From the NCBI GenBank assembly GCA_028097405.1, contig JAOHEK010000014.1, positions 2,147-66,146 on the forward strand: a stretch of 64,000 bases of DNA, written 5' to 3'. Both the position numbers and the translations under genes were made by a program. The notes beneath the pieces are model-generated. The model did no database searches, had not been told where the DNA came from, and saw only the letters and a list, made by a program, of their open reading frames with translations. This document shows positions 26,957 through 35,947 of the stretch, piece after piece. This stretch comes from Paracoccaceae bacterium (GTDB lineage Bacteria; Pseudomonadota; Alphaproteobacteria; Rhodobacterales; Rhodobacteraceae). Within the stretch, counting starts at the first letter, position 1; each line of letters opens with the position of its first letter.

Positions 26957-27659
26957 TACTAATCGTTTGGGGTTGCCGCTTGTGGCGCCCGCACAATCGC
27001 AAAAGCATGTGACGGTAAACGAAGGCCTCGTGCGGCTTGATGCCTTGGTGCATCTGTCGCTGAATACTGTCGGGACCGATACGCCTCCCGGCGCTCCGAT
27101 CGAGGGCGAGACACATAGTGTGGGCGCTGGTGCGACGGGTCTTTGGGCCGGCGAAGACGGGCGGATTGCGATCTTTGTGAACGGCGGTTGGGCCTTTGTG
27201 ACGCCTACCGTTGGTTGGCAGGCGTGGTCAGTAGAAGCGGGCGCGCGGGTTGCTTTCGATGGCGCCAATTGGGTTGCGGGCGCTGGTTCGTTTTCGCCCA
27301 ATGGAGCGGGGTTTGTACACCGGACCATTGAAGTGGATCATGTGGTTGGAAGTGGCACGACGTCGGTTGTCAGCGGGCTGTTGCCTGCCGGAAGTATCGT
27401 CTACGGCATAACGGCGCGGGTCTTGTCTGGAATTGGCGGCGCCGCGTCGTTGGAGATTGGCGTGTCGGGATCGTCGAACCGATACGGCAGCGGCATCGGG
27501 ACCGGTGCCGGATCTTACGCGCGCGGCATCACCGGATCACCACTGGCATACTATGCAGCCACCGACGTCTTGTTGAGCGCCGAGGGGGGCAGCTTTGACG
27601 GCACGGGCGTGTTTCGGATTGCCGTACATGTGGCCGAACTGACCTTGCCACGAGGCTAA
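26949..27659 (+). CDS. DUF2793-like protein (putative fibre/receptor-binding accessory)
   Basis: The N-terminus NRLGLPLVAPAQSQKHVTVNEGLVRLDALV matches my recollection of DUF2793. Its start overlaps the g15 stop by 8 nt. The C-half is Gly/Ser-rich. Confidence 0.55.
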   Translation: MTNTNRLGLPLVAPAQSQKHVTVNEGLVRLDALVHLSLNTVGTDTPPGAPIEGETHSVGAGATGLWAGEDGRIAIFVNGGWAFVTPTVGWQAWSVEAGARVAFDGANWVAGAGSFSPNGAGFVHRTIEVDHVVGSGTTSVVSGLLPAGSIVYGITARVLSGIGGAASLEIGVSGSSNRYGSGIGTGAGSYARGITGSPLAYYAATDVLLSAEGGSFDGTGVFRIAVHVAELTLPRG

Positions 27660-27685
27660 CATTTGGCGCAGGACATGCAATTTGG

Positions 27686-27714
27686 AACGGTTGGATCAAG
27701 ATCCAGCCGTTTTG
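27686..27714 (+). terminator. Hairpin plus T-rich run closing the GTA transcription unit
   Basis: AACGGTTGGATC / GATCCAGCCGTT is an imperfect inverted repeat with one G:U pair, followed by TTTGCGTTGATTTT. Confidence 0.4.
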
Positions 27715-27907
27715 CGTTGATTTTGTCCCCGCAGTCTTGGCTTCGTATGACATCTATACGGCCTAACCGGACAACTGATTGCTGATCCAACGTTACGGTG
27801 GCGCGGTTCGATGTGGCGGTTTTTCACTTGGTTTGACTTCACGGTCTTTTTACGTGGTTTGTCGTTCCTATCTGTTGTAGACAGATTTCCCAGTGAAGGA
27901 CATTATT

Positions 27908-28723
27908 ATGGCTCAACAAAACCCCCGTCCGATGCCCCTTGATCCAGTCTGGGAGCGTATCCAAGAGGATGCGCATGCCGCGATTTCGACCGAACCTTTG
28001 ATCGGCGGAATGGTGCATGCCACTGTTTTACATCACAAAACTTTGGAAAGCGCACTGGCGTATCGATTTGCTTTCAAACTGTCGTCGTCTGAGATGACCG
28101 GACAGCTTTTGCGCGAGATTTCCGAACAGGCCTATGCGGCTGATCCGAGTTTGGGGGAAGCAGCACGCGCTGACCTTGTCGCGATTTTTGAGCGCGATCC
28201 GGCCTGTCACCGATTGATGCAACCTTTGTTGTTCTTCAAAGGTTTTCAGGCGGTTCAAGCGTACCGGATTGGCCATTGGTTGTGGGAACAAGGACGGACA
28301 GACCTAGCCTATTTCATTCAAGCGCGTGTTAGCGAAATTTTTGGCATCGATATCCACCCGAATGCGGTGATCGGAAAGGGTTTGATGATCGACCATGCTC
28401 ATTCCATCGTGATCGGTGAAACGGCGGTTGTTGGCGATAATGTCTCAATGCTGCACTCGGTCACGTTGGGCGGAACCGGTAAGGAAGATGATGATCGCCA
28501 TCCGAAAATCGGTGACGGCGTATTGATCGGTGCGGGCGCCAAGGTGTTGGGCAACATCAAGGTCGGGTCTTGTAGCCGGATCGCTGCGGGCTCGGTCGTG
28601 TTGCAAGAAGTTCCGCCCTGTAAGACGGTGGCTGGTGTTCCGGCGCAAATTGTCGGCGAGGCGGGATGTGATCAACCGTCACTTTCGATGGACCAAATCT
28701 TGAATGGTTTCGTGGGCGACTGA
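27908..28723 (+). CDS. cysE: Serine O-acetyltransferase
   Basis: SAT N-terminal helical domain plus hexapeptide repeats (GIDIHPNAVIGKGLMIDHAHSIVIGETAVVGDNVSMLHSVTLGGTG). The ATG at 27908 was preferred over GTG 27893. Confidence 0.85.
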   Translation: MAQQNPRPMPLDPVWERIQEDAHAAISTEPLIGGMVHATVLHHKTLESALAYRFAFKLSSSEMTGQLLREISEQAYAADPSLGEAARADLVAIFERDPACHRLMQPLLFFKGFQAVQAYRIGHWLWEQGRTDLAYFIQARVSEIFGIDIHPNAVIGKGLMIDHAHSIVIGETAVVGDNVSMLHSVTLGGTGKEDDDRHPKIGDGVLIGAGAKVLGNIKVGSCSRIAAGSVVLQEVPPCKTVAGVPAQIVGEAGCDQPSLSMDQILNGFVGD

Positions 28724-28858
28724 GGTTTTTTGGAACGAACGGCCTGTCGAAGGGCTGTTCCTCCTTAAACTGGTCTTTGGTTGATACCCAAGGCGCCAAG
28801 CACTGCCCAAATCTGTGATGATTTGCTATACTCTCCTTACATTTCAGGAGGGATGACT

Positions 28859-29926
28859 ATGGCAGTTCGGCAAACCAATGGACGTGGGCGTCTATACGAC
28901 AGCATCTTGGATACGGTGGGCGACACGCCGACCATTCGGATCAATCGGATTGCCCCGAAAAATGTCAGTGTTTTCGTCAAATTCGAGGCGTTCAACCCCG
29001 CAGGATCGGTTAAGGATCGGTTGGCGCTTTCGATCATCGAAGCCGCCGAATCGGATGGTCGTTTGAAACCGGGCCAGACTGTTGTTGAAGCAACCAGCGG
29101 CAACACAGGCATTGGCTTGGCGATGGTTTGTGCCGCGAAGGGCTATCCTTTGGTTGTTACAATGGCGGATTCTTTTTCGATTGAACGGCGTCGTTTGATG
29201 CGTTTCTTAGGTGCCAAGGTTATCTTGACGCCACGTGCGGCCAAGGGGTTTGGCATGTATCAAAAGGCGAAAGAACTGGCCGAGGCAAACGGTTGGTTTC
29301 TGGCGTCGCAGTTCGAAACTGCAGACAACGCGAACATCCACGAAAATACCACCGGGCGGGAAATTCTGGCTGATTTTGGCGATAGTCCGTTGGACTACTT
29401 CGTGACGGGTTATGGGACGGGCGGGACAGTTTCAGGCGTGGGGCGCGTATTGCGCAAGGAACGGCCCGATACAAAAATCATTCTGACCGAACCTGCCAAT
29501 GCAGCGCTTATTGCGTCGGGCTATGTGAATACCCGGAATGACGCGCATCAGGCGACCGAAGGCCATCCGAATTGGGAACCACATCCCATTCAAGGCTGGA
29601 CTCCGGATTTCATACCTTGGGTTCTGCAAGAAGCCATCGACAACGGCTATTATGACGACATGATCCCTGTTGCTGGCGCGGACGGGATCGCATGGTCGCG
29701 CAGGCTTGCGGCAGAGGAAGGGATATTCACCGGAATTTCCGGCGGTTCGACTTTTGCTGTGGCGATGAAAGTGGCCGAGACCGCGCCCGAAGGGTCGGTT
29801 ATTCTGACGATGTTGCCCGACACGGGCGAACGTTATCTGTCGACCCCACTTTTTGATGGGGTTCGCGAGGATATGTCGGACGAGGAAATCACCCTTTCGC
29901 AGTCGACACCAAACTATCAACTTTGA
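28859..29926 (+). CDS. cysK: Cysteine synthase A-like PLP enzyme
   Basis: ILDTVGDTPTIRINRI...FNPAGSVKDRLA contains the PLP lysine, and SGNTGIGLA is present. The ATG at 28859 lies 8 nt after AGGAGG. It carries an insertion relative to the canonical CysK length. Confidence 0.8.
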   Translation: MAVRQTNGRGRLYDSILDTVGDTPTIRINRIAPKNVSVFVKFEAFNPAGSVKDRLALSIIEAAESDGRLKPGQTVVEATSGNTGIGLAMVCAAKGYPLVVTMADSFSIERRRLMRFLGAKVILTPRAAKGFGMYQKAKELAEANGWFLASQFETADNANIHENTTGREILADFGDSPLDYFVTGYGTGGTVSGVGRVLRKERPDTKIILTEPANAALIASGYVNTRNDAHQATEGHPNWEPHPIQGWTPDFIPWVLQEAIDNGYYDDMIPVAGADGIAWSRRLAAEEGIFTGISGGSTFAVAMKVAETAPEGSVILTMLPDTGERYLSTPLFDGVREDMSDEEITLSQSTPNYQL

Positions 29927-29933
29927 CACAAGG

Positions 29934-29960
29934 AAGCCCCGGAATAGCCCGGGGCTTTTC
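29934..29960. terminator. Bidirectional hairpin terminator between cysK and the convergent cupin gene
   Basis: AAGCCCCGG-AATAGC-CCGGGGCTT followed by TTC. Confidence 0.5.
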
Positions 29961-29965
29961 GAACT

Positions 29966-30451
29966 TTACGTTTTTGCGCCGAAAGGACGGTCGATTACGG
30001 TTAGGTCGACCATGTTGTACGTCAGGTTCTTGTTTCGAAACAGCCGTTTGCCGCGTCTTGGGTAATCCGACACGTCGTGGTTCGTGCGTTGACTGACCGA
30101 GATGCACCGAAATGGGGAAGAGCCAGTGTTGTGGAAGGAATGCGCCAGACCACCTTTGCGACAGCCGACGAAATCGCCAGCCCGAACATACTTGCTTTCC
30201 GAACCGATCCGCGCCGTTGCTTCGCCTTCCAGAATATACCAGCATTCTTCTTCGTGGTAATGCACGTGGTGTTCCGTGCTTTCGTCGCCCGGCGCCACCT
30301 CGATGATGCTGAAGTCAATTTCCGTCAGGCCCGTCATTTTTCCCAGTGACTTTTGCATGCGGCGCGCTTTGTCATTTAGGAAATGCGTTTTGACTTCGCC
30401 CGCCATCGAACTGATGTCCATCGCTGAAATGATGTACTTTTCTTCACTCAT
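29966..30451 (-). CDS. Cupin-domain protein (paralogue A)
   Basis: Cupin motif 1 is HHVHYHEEECWYILEG and motif 2 is GDFVGCRKGGLAHSFHN. Confidence 0.7.
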   Translation of the reverse strand: MSEEKYIISAMDISSMAGEVKTHFLNDKARRMQKSLGKMTGLTEIDFSIIEVAPGDESTEHHVHYHEEECWYILEGEATARIGSESKYVRAGDFVGCRKGGLAHSFHNTGSSPFRCISVSQRTNHDVSDYPRRGKRLFRNKNLTYNMVDLTVIDRPFGAKT

Positions 30452-30529
30452 CGTTAACTCCTGCCGCGGACCGTATCTTGTCCGGGTTGGGTTAAACGCA
30501 GATTGGTGACCATAGAGTTAAGTCCGGGT

Positions 30530-31021
30530 TTATTTCTTTGGACCGGCGTCGGGATGCGTGATTTCGTCGTGATCGACTAAATCCCACGGCATACCCTTTG
30601 AGCGGTAAATCCGTTGGGCTTTTCTGGGGTAATCCGCGATGTCGATCTCAAGTCGCTGACCAATCACAAGGCATTGTAAGACCGTGGTGCCGGTGTTGTG
30701 GATCGTGTGCGCAAGGCCGTTTTTCCGATAGCCAAGGAAGTCACCCGCCTTAATTGAAACGCGATCTTTGCCGATTTCAGCTTCGCCGGTGCCCGCTAGT
30801 ATATAGACGGCTTCGTCTTCTTGATAATGGACATGAAACTCGGTTGTCTGATGGCGGGGTTCGACCTCGATCAAATGGATGCCAAGGCCGGTTAGGCCGG
30901 TGGCGTCGCCCAAAGATTTGTTGATCCGCTTTGCGTTCGGGTTCTGGAAGTGGGTTTTGGCCACGCCGTCCATCGCGGCGATGTCTTCGGCTTTCAGCAG
31001 ATATGTGTGCTCGGCCGTCAT
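30530..31021 (-). CDS. Cupin-domain protein (paralogue B)
   Basis: Cupin motifs FHVHYQEDEAVYILAG and GDFLGYRKNGLAHTIHN. By eye it is roughly half identical to the neighbouring cupin. Confidence 0.7.
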   Translation of the reverse strand: MTAEHTYLLKAEDIAAMDGVAKTHFQNPNAKRINKSLGDATGLTGLGIHLIEVEPRHQTTEFHVHYQEDEAVYILAGTGEAEIGKDRVSIKAGDFLGYRKNGLAHTIHNTGTTVLQCLVIGQRLEIDIADYPRKAQRIYRSKGMPWDLVDHDEITHPDAGPKK

Positions 31022-31022
31022 C

Positions 31023-31307
31023 TTAGCCGACCTCGTCGCAGCGCAAGCTTGATTGTCCGTCGTTCAAACGGCCTTGGCGAAACCCGGTAATTTGCCAGGT
31101 AATATCGGGCGCCGTATAGAGGTTGGGACGGTCGGGTGAGTTTTGTAGCGTTTCGACCCGACCGCCTGAGAACATCAGTTTGACCTGATCGTCATCGTAT
31201 TGGACCCCAATGTCTGGACCGTTGAGGCAAATGAATGTGGCTGGCGATTGCGCGCCACCACAGCCGGCCAGAATGCCAAGTGTTAGAAGTGCATTAACGG
31301 TCCTCAT
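31023..31307 (-). CDS. Small lipoprotein (possibly MliC-like)
   Basis: Lipobox in [18 protein letters not shown]. 94 aa, with two further Cys residues. The start overlaps the pdhC stop (ATGA). The MliC assignment is tentative. Confidence 0.5.
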   Translation of the reverse strand: MRTVNALLTLGILAGCGGAQSPATFICLNGPDIGVQYDDDQVKLMFSGGRVETLQNSPDRPNLYTAPDITWQITGFRQGRLNDGQSSLRCDEVG

Positions 31308-32596
31308 GCGAGCATTCCTATGGGGTTTTCCAAGTTCGACTTGATCGCGTCGAGGAACTGTGCGCCAAGCGCGCCGTCGATGACCCGGTGGTCGACAGAC
31401 AATGTGACCGACATCACGGTCGCCACGCCCAATTCGCCGTCTTCATTCACAACCGGTTTTTTCGTGCCAGCGCCAACGGCCAAGATCGAGCCATGGGGCG
31501 GGTTGATCACCGCGTCAAAATTGTCGATGCCAAACATGCCTAGGTTCGAAATCGCGAAGCTGCCGCCCTGATATTCGTGCGGCGCAAGCTTCTTGTCGCG
31601 GGCGCGGGTGGCGAGGTCTTTCATTTCGGCTGAGAGAGCCGAGAGCGATTTTAGGTGGCTGTCTTTCAGAACAGGTGTGAACAGGCCGCCTTCGATCGCG
31701 ACCGCGACGGCCACGTCTGAGGGCGCCAGTTTCAAGATGCGATCGCCCGCCCAAACGGCATTCGCGTCAGGGACGGCTTGCAGGGCTAAGGCGCTGGCTT
31801 TGATGATGAAATCGTTGACGCTCAGTTTGACGCCACGCGCTTCCAACTGCTTGTTCAGGGTCGAGCGGAACTTTAACAGCGCGTCCAGTTGGATGTCGCG
31901 GCGCAGATAGAAGTGGGGGATGGTTTGCTTGGCTTCCGTCAGGCGTGCAGCAATGGTTTTGCGCATGCCGTTCAGGGGAACTTCTTCGAAGTCGCGATCC
32001 TGATACATCGCCAGAACTTGATCGGTGCCGGGGCCTGCTGGGGCGGAGGCAGGTGCTGCCGCAGTTGCGCCAGTGGCTGCGGGTTTCGTGCCCGGTACGG
32101 CGCTTTCCACGTCGGCTTTGACGATGCGACCTTTAGGCCCCGAGCCTTTGACTGCGGACAGATCAAGACCTTTGTCAGCCGCGATGCGCCTTGCAAGCGG
32201 GGTCGCGAAGATGCGGCTTCCACTGGCGGCGATTGGGGCAGGGGACGCAGACTTCTCGGGGGCCGCCGCCGGGGCAGCCTCTTCGGCGGTCGCTGCTGCA
32301 GGCTTTGCCGCAGCGGGTGCGGGGGCAGAGGTTCCGATATCGTCGGTGCTTTCGCCGTCTTCCAGCAAAACCGCGATGGCGACGTTGACCTTCACGTTTT
32401 CGCTGCCTTCGGGGACAAGGATTTTACCTACAATCCCTTCATCGACGGCTTCGAATTCCATCGTGGCTTTGTCTGTTTCAATTTCGGCCAAAAGGTCACC
32501 CGACGAGACGGTGTCGCCTTCTTTAACCAGCCATTTCGCCAGTGTGCCTTCTTCCATCGTGGGAGACAGCGCGGGCATCAGGATTTCGGTTGGCAT
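31304..32596 (-). CDS. pdhC: Pyruvate dehydrogenase E2 (dihydrolipoamide acetyltransferase)
   Basis: Lipoyl domain ([11 protein letters not shown]), an Ala/Pro linker, a subunit-binding domain, and a catalytic domain with DHRVIDGA. Confidence 0.9.
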   Translation of the reverse strand: MPTEILMPALSPTMEEGTLAKWLVKEGDTVSSGDLLAEIETDKATMEFEAVDEGIVGKILVPEGSENVKVNVAIAVLLEDGESTDDIGTSAPAPAAAKPAAATAEEAAPAAAPEKSASPAPIAASGSRIFATPLARRIAADKGLDLSAVKGSGPKGRIVKADVESAVPGTKPAATGATAAAPASAPAGPGTDQVLAMYQDRDFEEVPLNGMRKTIAARLTEAKQTIPHFYLRRDIQLDALLKFRSTLNKQLEARGVKLSVNDFIIKASALALQAVPDANAVWAGDRILKLAPSDVAVAVAIEGGLFTPVLKDSHLKSLSALSAEMKDLATRARDKKLAPHEYQGGSFAISNLGMFGIDNFDAVINPPHGSILAVGAGTKKPVVNEDGELGVATVMSVTLSVDHRVIDGALGAQFLDAIKSNLENPIGMLA

Positions 32597-32841
32597 TAGT
32601 TAGTCTCCTCAATACTGGCGCGATCATAGGGCGCAAGACGCGTTAGACCGTTCAGGCTTGCTGTAATTTCGGGTTTATGGGTGGTGACCCACGCTTTCCG
32701 ATCTTTCTCAGTGGCATCGTCGCCGCAAATGTCGTCAAGCATTTCGCGGCTTAGGGTCACTCGATACTTGGTCTGTTCCAATCGAGCGGTAAAGAAAATC
32801 TCACGTCCATCGTCGCGGCTGCAAAGGGGGCTGGTTTTCAT
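32596..32841 (-). CDS. Small hypothetical protein inside the pdh operon (DUF1488-like?)
   Basis: 81 aa. The ATG at 32841 lies 6 nt after AAGGGG. Its TAA overlaps the pdhC ATG as TAATG. The family assignment is tentative. Confidence 0.45.
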   Translation of the reverse strand: MKTSPLCSRDDGREIFFTARLEQTKYRVTLSREMLDDICGDDATEKDRKAWVTTHKPEITASLNGLTRLAPYDRASIEETN

Positions 32842-32851
32842 ACTCGGCCCC

Positions 32852-34216
32852 TTAGCGATAAGTCACGGCTTTGACAGCGTCGATGACTTCTTTGGTGTTC
32901 GTCAACGCCAGCTTTTCTAGGTTCGCCGCATAGGGCATGGGCACGTCCTTGCCGCGACAGGCCAGAACCGGCGCGTCGAGATAATCAAACGCCTCGCGCA
33001 TGATCTCGGCGCCGACGTGGTCGGACATGGATGCGACGGGCCAGCCTTCTTCGACAGTCACGCAACGGTTGGTTTTCTTCACGCTTTCGATGACGGTTTC
33101 CATGTCAAGTGGGCGGAGCGTGCGCAGGTCGATGATGTCGGCCTTGATGCCGTCTTTGGCTAGCTCATCGGCAGCCTCAAGCGCGTATTTCATCCCAATG
33201 CCCCAAGACACCAGCGTGACATCGTCGCCTTCGCGCCAGACGCGAGCCTTGCCGAAGGGGATGGTGAAGTCATCCAGTTTTGGCACGTCGAACGATTGAC
33301 CATAGAGGATCTCGTTTTCAAGGAAGACCACGGGGTTTGGATCGCGGATGGCTTGTTTCAGAAGGCCTTTCGCGTCAGCCGCTGAATAGGGCATGACAAC
33401 GCGCATTCCCGGAACCGAGGCATACCATGCGGCGTAGTCCTGAGAGTGCTGCGCGCCCACACGGGCAGCTGCACCGTTCGGACCACGGAATACGATAGGC
33501 GAGCCCATTTGGCCGCCCGACATATAAAGCGTTTTGGCGGCGGAATTGATAATGTGGTCAATGGCTTGCATGGCGAAGTTGAAAGTCATGAACTCGACTA
33601 TGGGTTTCAATCCGCCCCAAGATGCACCGACACCGATGCCGGCAAAGCCATGTTCGGTGATGGGTGTGTCGACCACGCGGCGCGCGCCGAATTCGTCCAG
33701 CAGACCTTGGGTGATCTTGTAGGCGCCTTGGTATTCGGCGACCTCTTCGCCCATGACGAAAACGCTTTCGTCACTGCGCATTTCTTCGGCCATGGCATCG
33801 CGCAAGGCTTCGCGGACGGTGGTGGACACCATTTCGGTGCCTTCGGGATAGTCCGGGCTGCGATCAACGGCGGCCTGAGCCGGGGCTGCACTGTCGTGAG
33901 CCTTTGCGGGCGCAGTTTCTTCTTCGGCTTCAGCCTCGGCAGGCGCTGAGGCTTTGATATCGTCGGCGCTTTCGCCTTCTTCCACAAGGATGGCGATGGC
34001 GGTGTTCACCTTGACCGCTTCGGTGCCCTCGGCGATCAGAATTTTGCCGATGATCCCTTCATCGACCGCTTCGAATTCCATCGTGGCCTTGTCGGTTTCG
34101 ATTTCCGCCATAATGTCGCCGGACGCAACAGTGTCGCCTTCCTTGACGAGCCATTTAGCGAGCGTGCCTTCTTCCATTGTAGGCGAGAGGGCGGGCATGA
34201 GAATTTCGGTTGCCAT
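32852..34216 (-). CDS. pdhB: Pyruvate dehydrogenase E1 beta subunit with an N-terminal lipoyl domain
   Basis: [22 protein letters not shown]...[11 protein letters not shown] is a lipoyl domain fused to the transketolase-like E1-beta core. Start trimmed to the ATG at 34216. Confidence 0.9.
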   Translation of the reverse strand: MATEILMPALSPTMEEGTLAKWLVKEGDTVASGDIMAEIETDKATMEFEAVDEGIIGKILIAEGTEAVKVNTAIAILVEEGESADDIKASAPAEAEAEEETAPAKAHDSAAPAQAAVDRSPDYPEGTEMVSTTVREALRDAMAEEMRSDESVFVMGEEVAEYQGAYKITQGLLDEFGARRVVDTPITEHGFAGIGVGASWGGLKPIVEFMTFNFAMQAIDHIINSAAKTLYMSGGQMGSPIVFRGPNGAAARVGAQHSQDYAAWYASVPGMRVVMPYSAADAKGLLKQAIRDPNPVVFLENEILYGQSFDVPKLDDFTIPFGKARVWREGDDVTLVSWGIGMKYALEAADELAKDGIKADIIDLRTLRPLDMETVIESVKKTNRCVTVEEGWPVASMSDHVGAEIMREAFDYLDAPVLACRGKDVPMPYAANLEKLALTNTKEVIDAVKAVTYR

Positions 34217-34230
34217 GTCTGTCTTCTCCC

Positions 34231-35223
34231 TCAGGCGTCCACTGTGATGTCTGTCCAAAGCTCGGACAGTTCCGGCTCGGGGCTTTCCTTGGCGTATTCG
34301 GCCGAGGCGTTGACGACATCTTTGATTTCTTTGTCGATGGCCTTTAGGTCATCTTCGGACACTTTGACTGCCAACAGACGCTTGCGCACCTGTTCGATGG
34401 CGTCGCGTTCTTCGCGCATCTTTTGCACTTCGTCCCGTGTGCGGTACTTGGCCGGATCCGACATCGAATGACCGCGATAGCGATAGGTCATGACCTCGAG
34501 GATATAGGGGCCTTTGCCCGAGCGGCAGTGTTTCACAGCCCGTGCACCTGCGTCGCGCACGGCTAGAACATCCATGCCGTCCACTTCTTCGCCCTTGATG
34601 CCGTAAGCTGCACCACGTTCCCACAGGGATGGCGACTTGGTCGCGCGCTGTACGGATGTGCCCATGGCGTATTGGTTGTTTTCGATCACGAAGATCACCG
34701 GCAATTCCCAAAGCTGCGCCATGTTGTAGGTCTCGTAGACCTGACCTTGGTTTGCCGCGCCATCGCCGAAGTAGGTGAAGGTGACGTTGTCATTACCCTT
34801 GTACTTGTCGGAAAACGCCAAACCCGCACCCAAAGGAACGTTCGCGCCGACAATGCCGTGACCGCCGTAAAAATGCGCCTCTTTCGAGAACATATGCATC
34901 GAGCCGCCCTTGCCCTTGGAATACCCATCGCTGCGCCCGGTTAGTTCGGCCATCACCCCATTGGGGTCCATCCCGCAGGCCAGCATGTGGCCGTGGTCGC
35001 GGTAGGTTGTGATCCGTTTGTCGCCGTCTTTAGTCGAGGCTTCCAGCCCAACCACAACCGCTTCCTGTCCAATGTAAAGGTGGCAAAAGCCCCCAATCAG
35101 ACCCATGCCATAGAGTTGACCGGCCTTTTCTTCAAACCGGCGGATCAACAGCATGTCTTTGTAATACTGAAGCAATTCGTCTTTCGAAGCGGTTAGCTTC
35201 TTGGTTGCGCGCTTGGCGGCCAT
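34231..35223 (-). CDS. pdhA: Pyruvate dehydrogenase E1 alpha subunit
   Basis: The ThDP motif region (GDGAANQG...), and [11 protein letters not shown]. Start trimmed to the ATG at 35223 (MAAKRATKK...). Confidence 0.9.
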   Translation of the reverse strand: MAAKRATKKLTASKDELLQYYKDMLLIRRFEEKAGQLYGMGLIGGFCHLYIGQEAVVVGLEASTKDGDKRITTYRDHGHMLACGMDPNGVMAELTGRSDGYSKGKGGSMHMFSKEAHFYGGHGIVGANVPLGAGLAFSDKYKGNDNVTFTYFGDGAANQGQVYETYNMAQLWELPVIFVIENNQYAMGTSVQRATKSPSLWERGAAYGIKGEEVDGMDVLAVRDAGARAVKHCRSGKGPYILEVMTYRYRGHSMSDPAKYRTRDEVQKMREERDAIEQVRKRLLAVKVSEDDLKAIDKEIKDVVNASAEYAKESPEPELSELWTDITVDA

Positions 35224-35360
35224 CAGCACTTTCCTCCGTGGGCTGGGCAGATAGTTCAACGTTAAACTATCTCTTATACCAGCTTGCGCAGAATTGCACG
35301 TGCAAAGACACGGTAATTCAACAGATCCGCCATGCGATGGGTGCAAGGGTGGATTAGGGG

Positions 35361-35660
35361 TTAGTTCAGGACGATTTCGTTTGTTCGGATCAAACCAAGC
35401 ACGTCGCGCGCCTGGCTGTCGAGCAAGTCAAGATCAAGGTAAGTGTCAGACAAGCGCCGGGTTTTGTTTTCAAGTCCGGTGACTTCCTCGGCAAGTCTGT
35501 CGCGTTCGGATTGCAGCGTGACCACTTCGGCTTCGATCTGGACCCGTCTGAACAGCCCGAAATCGCCTTGAACGCTTGCAAACATAAAGTAGATGCCAAG
35601 CGAAAACATCAAAGCAAAATAGGCGAAGACGCCAAGTCCTGGTCGTTGCATGGTGGTCAT
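35361..35660 (-). CDS. ftsB: Septum formation initiator (FtsB/DivIC family)
   Basis: One transmembrane helix followed by a coiled coil (VQIEAEVVTLQSERDRLAEEVTGLENKTRRL). It occupies the usual alphaproteobacterial position upstream of pdhA. Confidence 0.7.
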   Translation of the reverse strand: MTTMQRPGLGVFAYFALMFSLGIYFMFASVQGDFGLFRRVQIEAEVVTLQSERDRLAEEVTGLENKTRRLSDTYLDLDLLDSQARDVLGLIRTNEIVLN

Positions 35661-35947
35661 AACTGCCCCTTTAGCGCCCTCTGACGGGGTGCCTTGGGTG
35701 TAAATTGCACAAGTTGCCACCTGAGATCAAAGGATTTCTTACCTGCGCGGCAAGGGTTCGCCGAAGGTGTGGCTTGATTGGGGTTTTACTTTATCTGCGA
35801 GCGTTTGAATTTTGCCACTGGGGTCGAGTTCGATGTGCGATCTGGTTGAAACCTAACCGATTGCAAGACCGCCGATATTGACCACAATGCCGACATCAAA
35901 GCGTTTTGCCGGGCAGGTAGAGCCGGGCACATGGGGGAGGATAACAA

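Noticed and set aside
13068-27714. Reading the head-tail cluster as an intact or cryptic prophage.
   Set aside because: There is no integrase, repressor/Cro, replication, holin/endolysin or att-like repeat in or around the block. The tape measure is very short. The flanks are conserved housekeeping genes. All of this is typical of RcGTA-type elements.
29966-31021. The idea that the tandem cupins are DMSP lyases (DddK/Q/W-like), given dmdA-acuI in the same window.
   Set aside because: The metal motif reads H-V-H-Y-H-E-E-E-C-W-Y. The Glu-x-Tyr spacing is therefore off by one relative to the DMSP-lyase HxHxxxxExY pattern. The genes are also 24 kb from dmdA and attached to the pdh operon. I kept this only as a low-priority assay suggestion.
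31889-32603. 236-aa and 192-aa plus-strand ORFs (31889..32599 and 32025..32603), Gly/Ala/Arg-rich.
   Set aside because: They are the antisense image of the Ala/Pro-rich linker and lipoyl domain of pdhC. No motifs and no start context.
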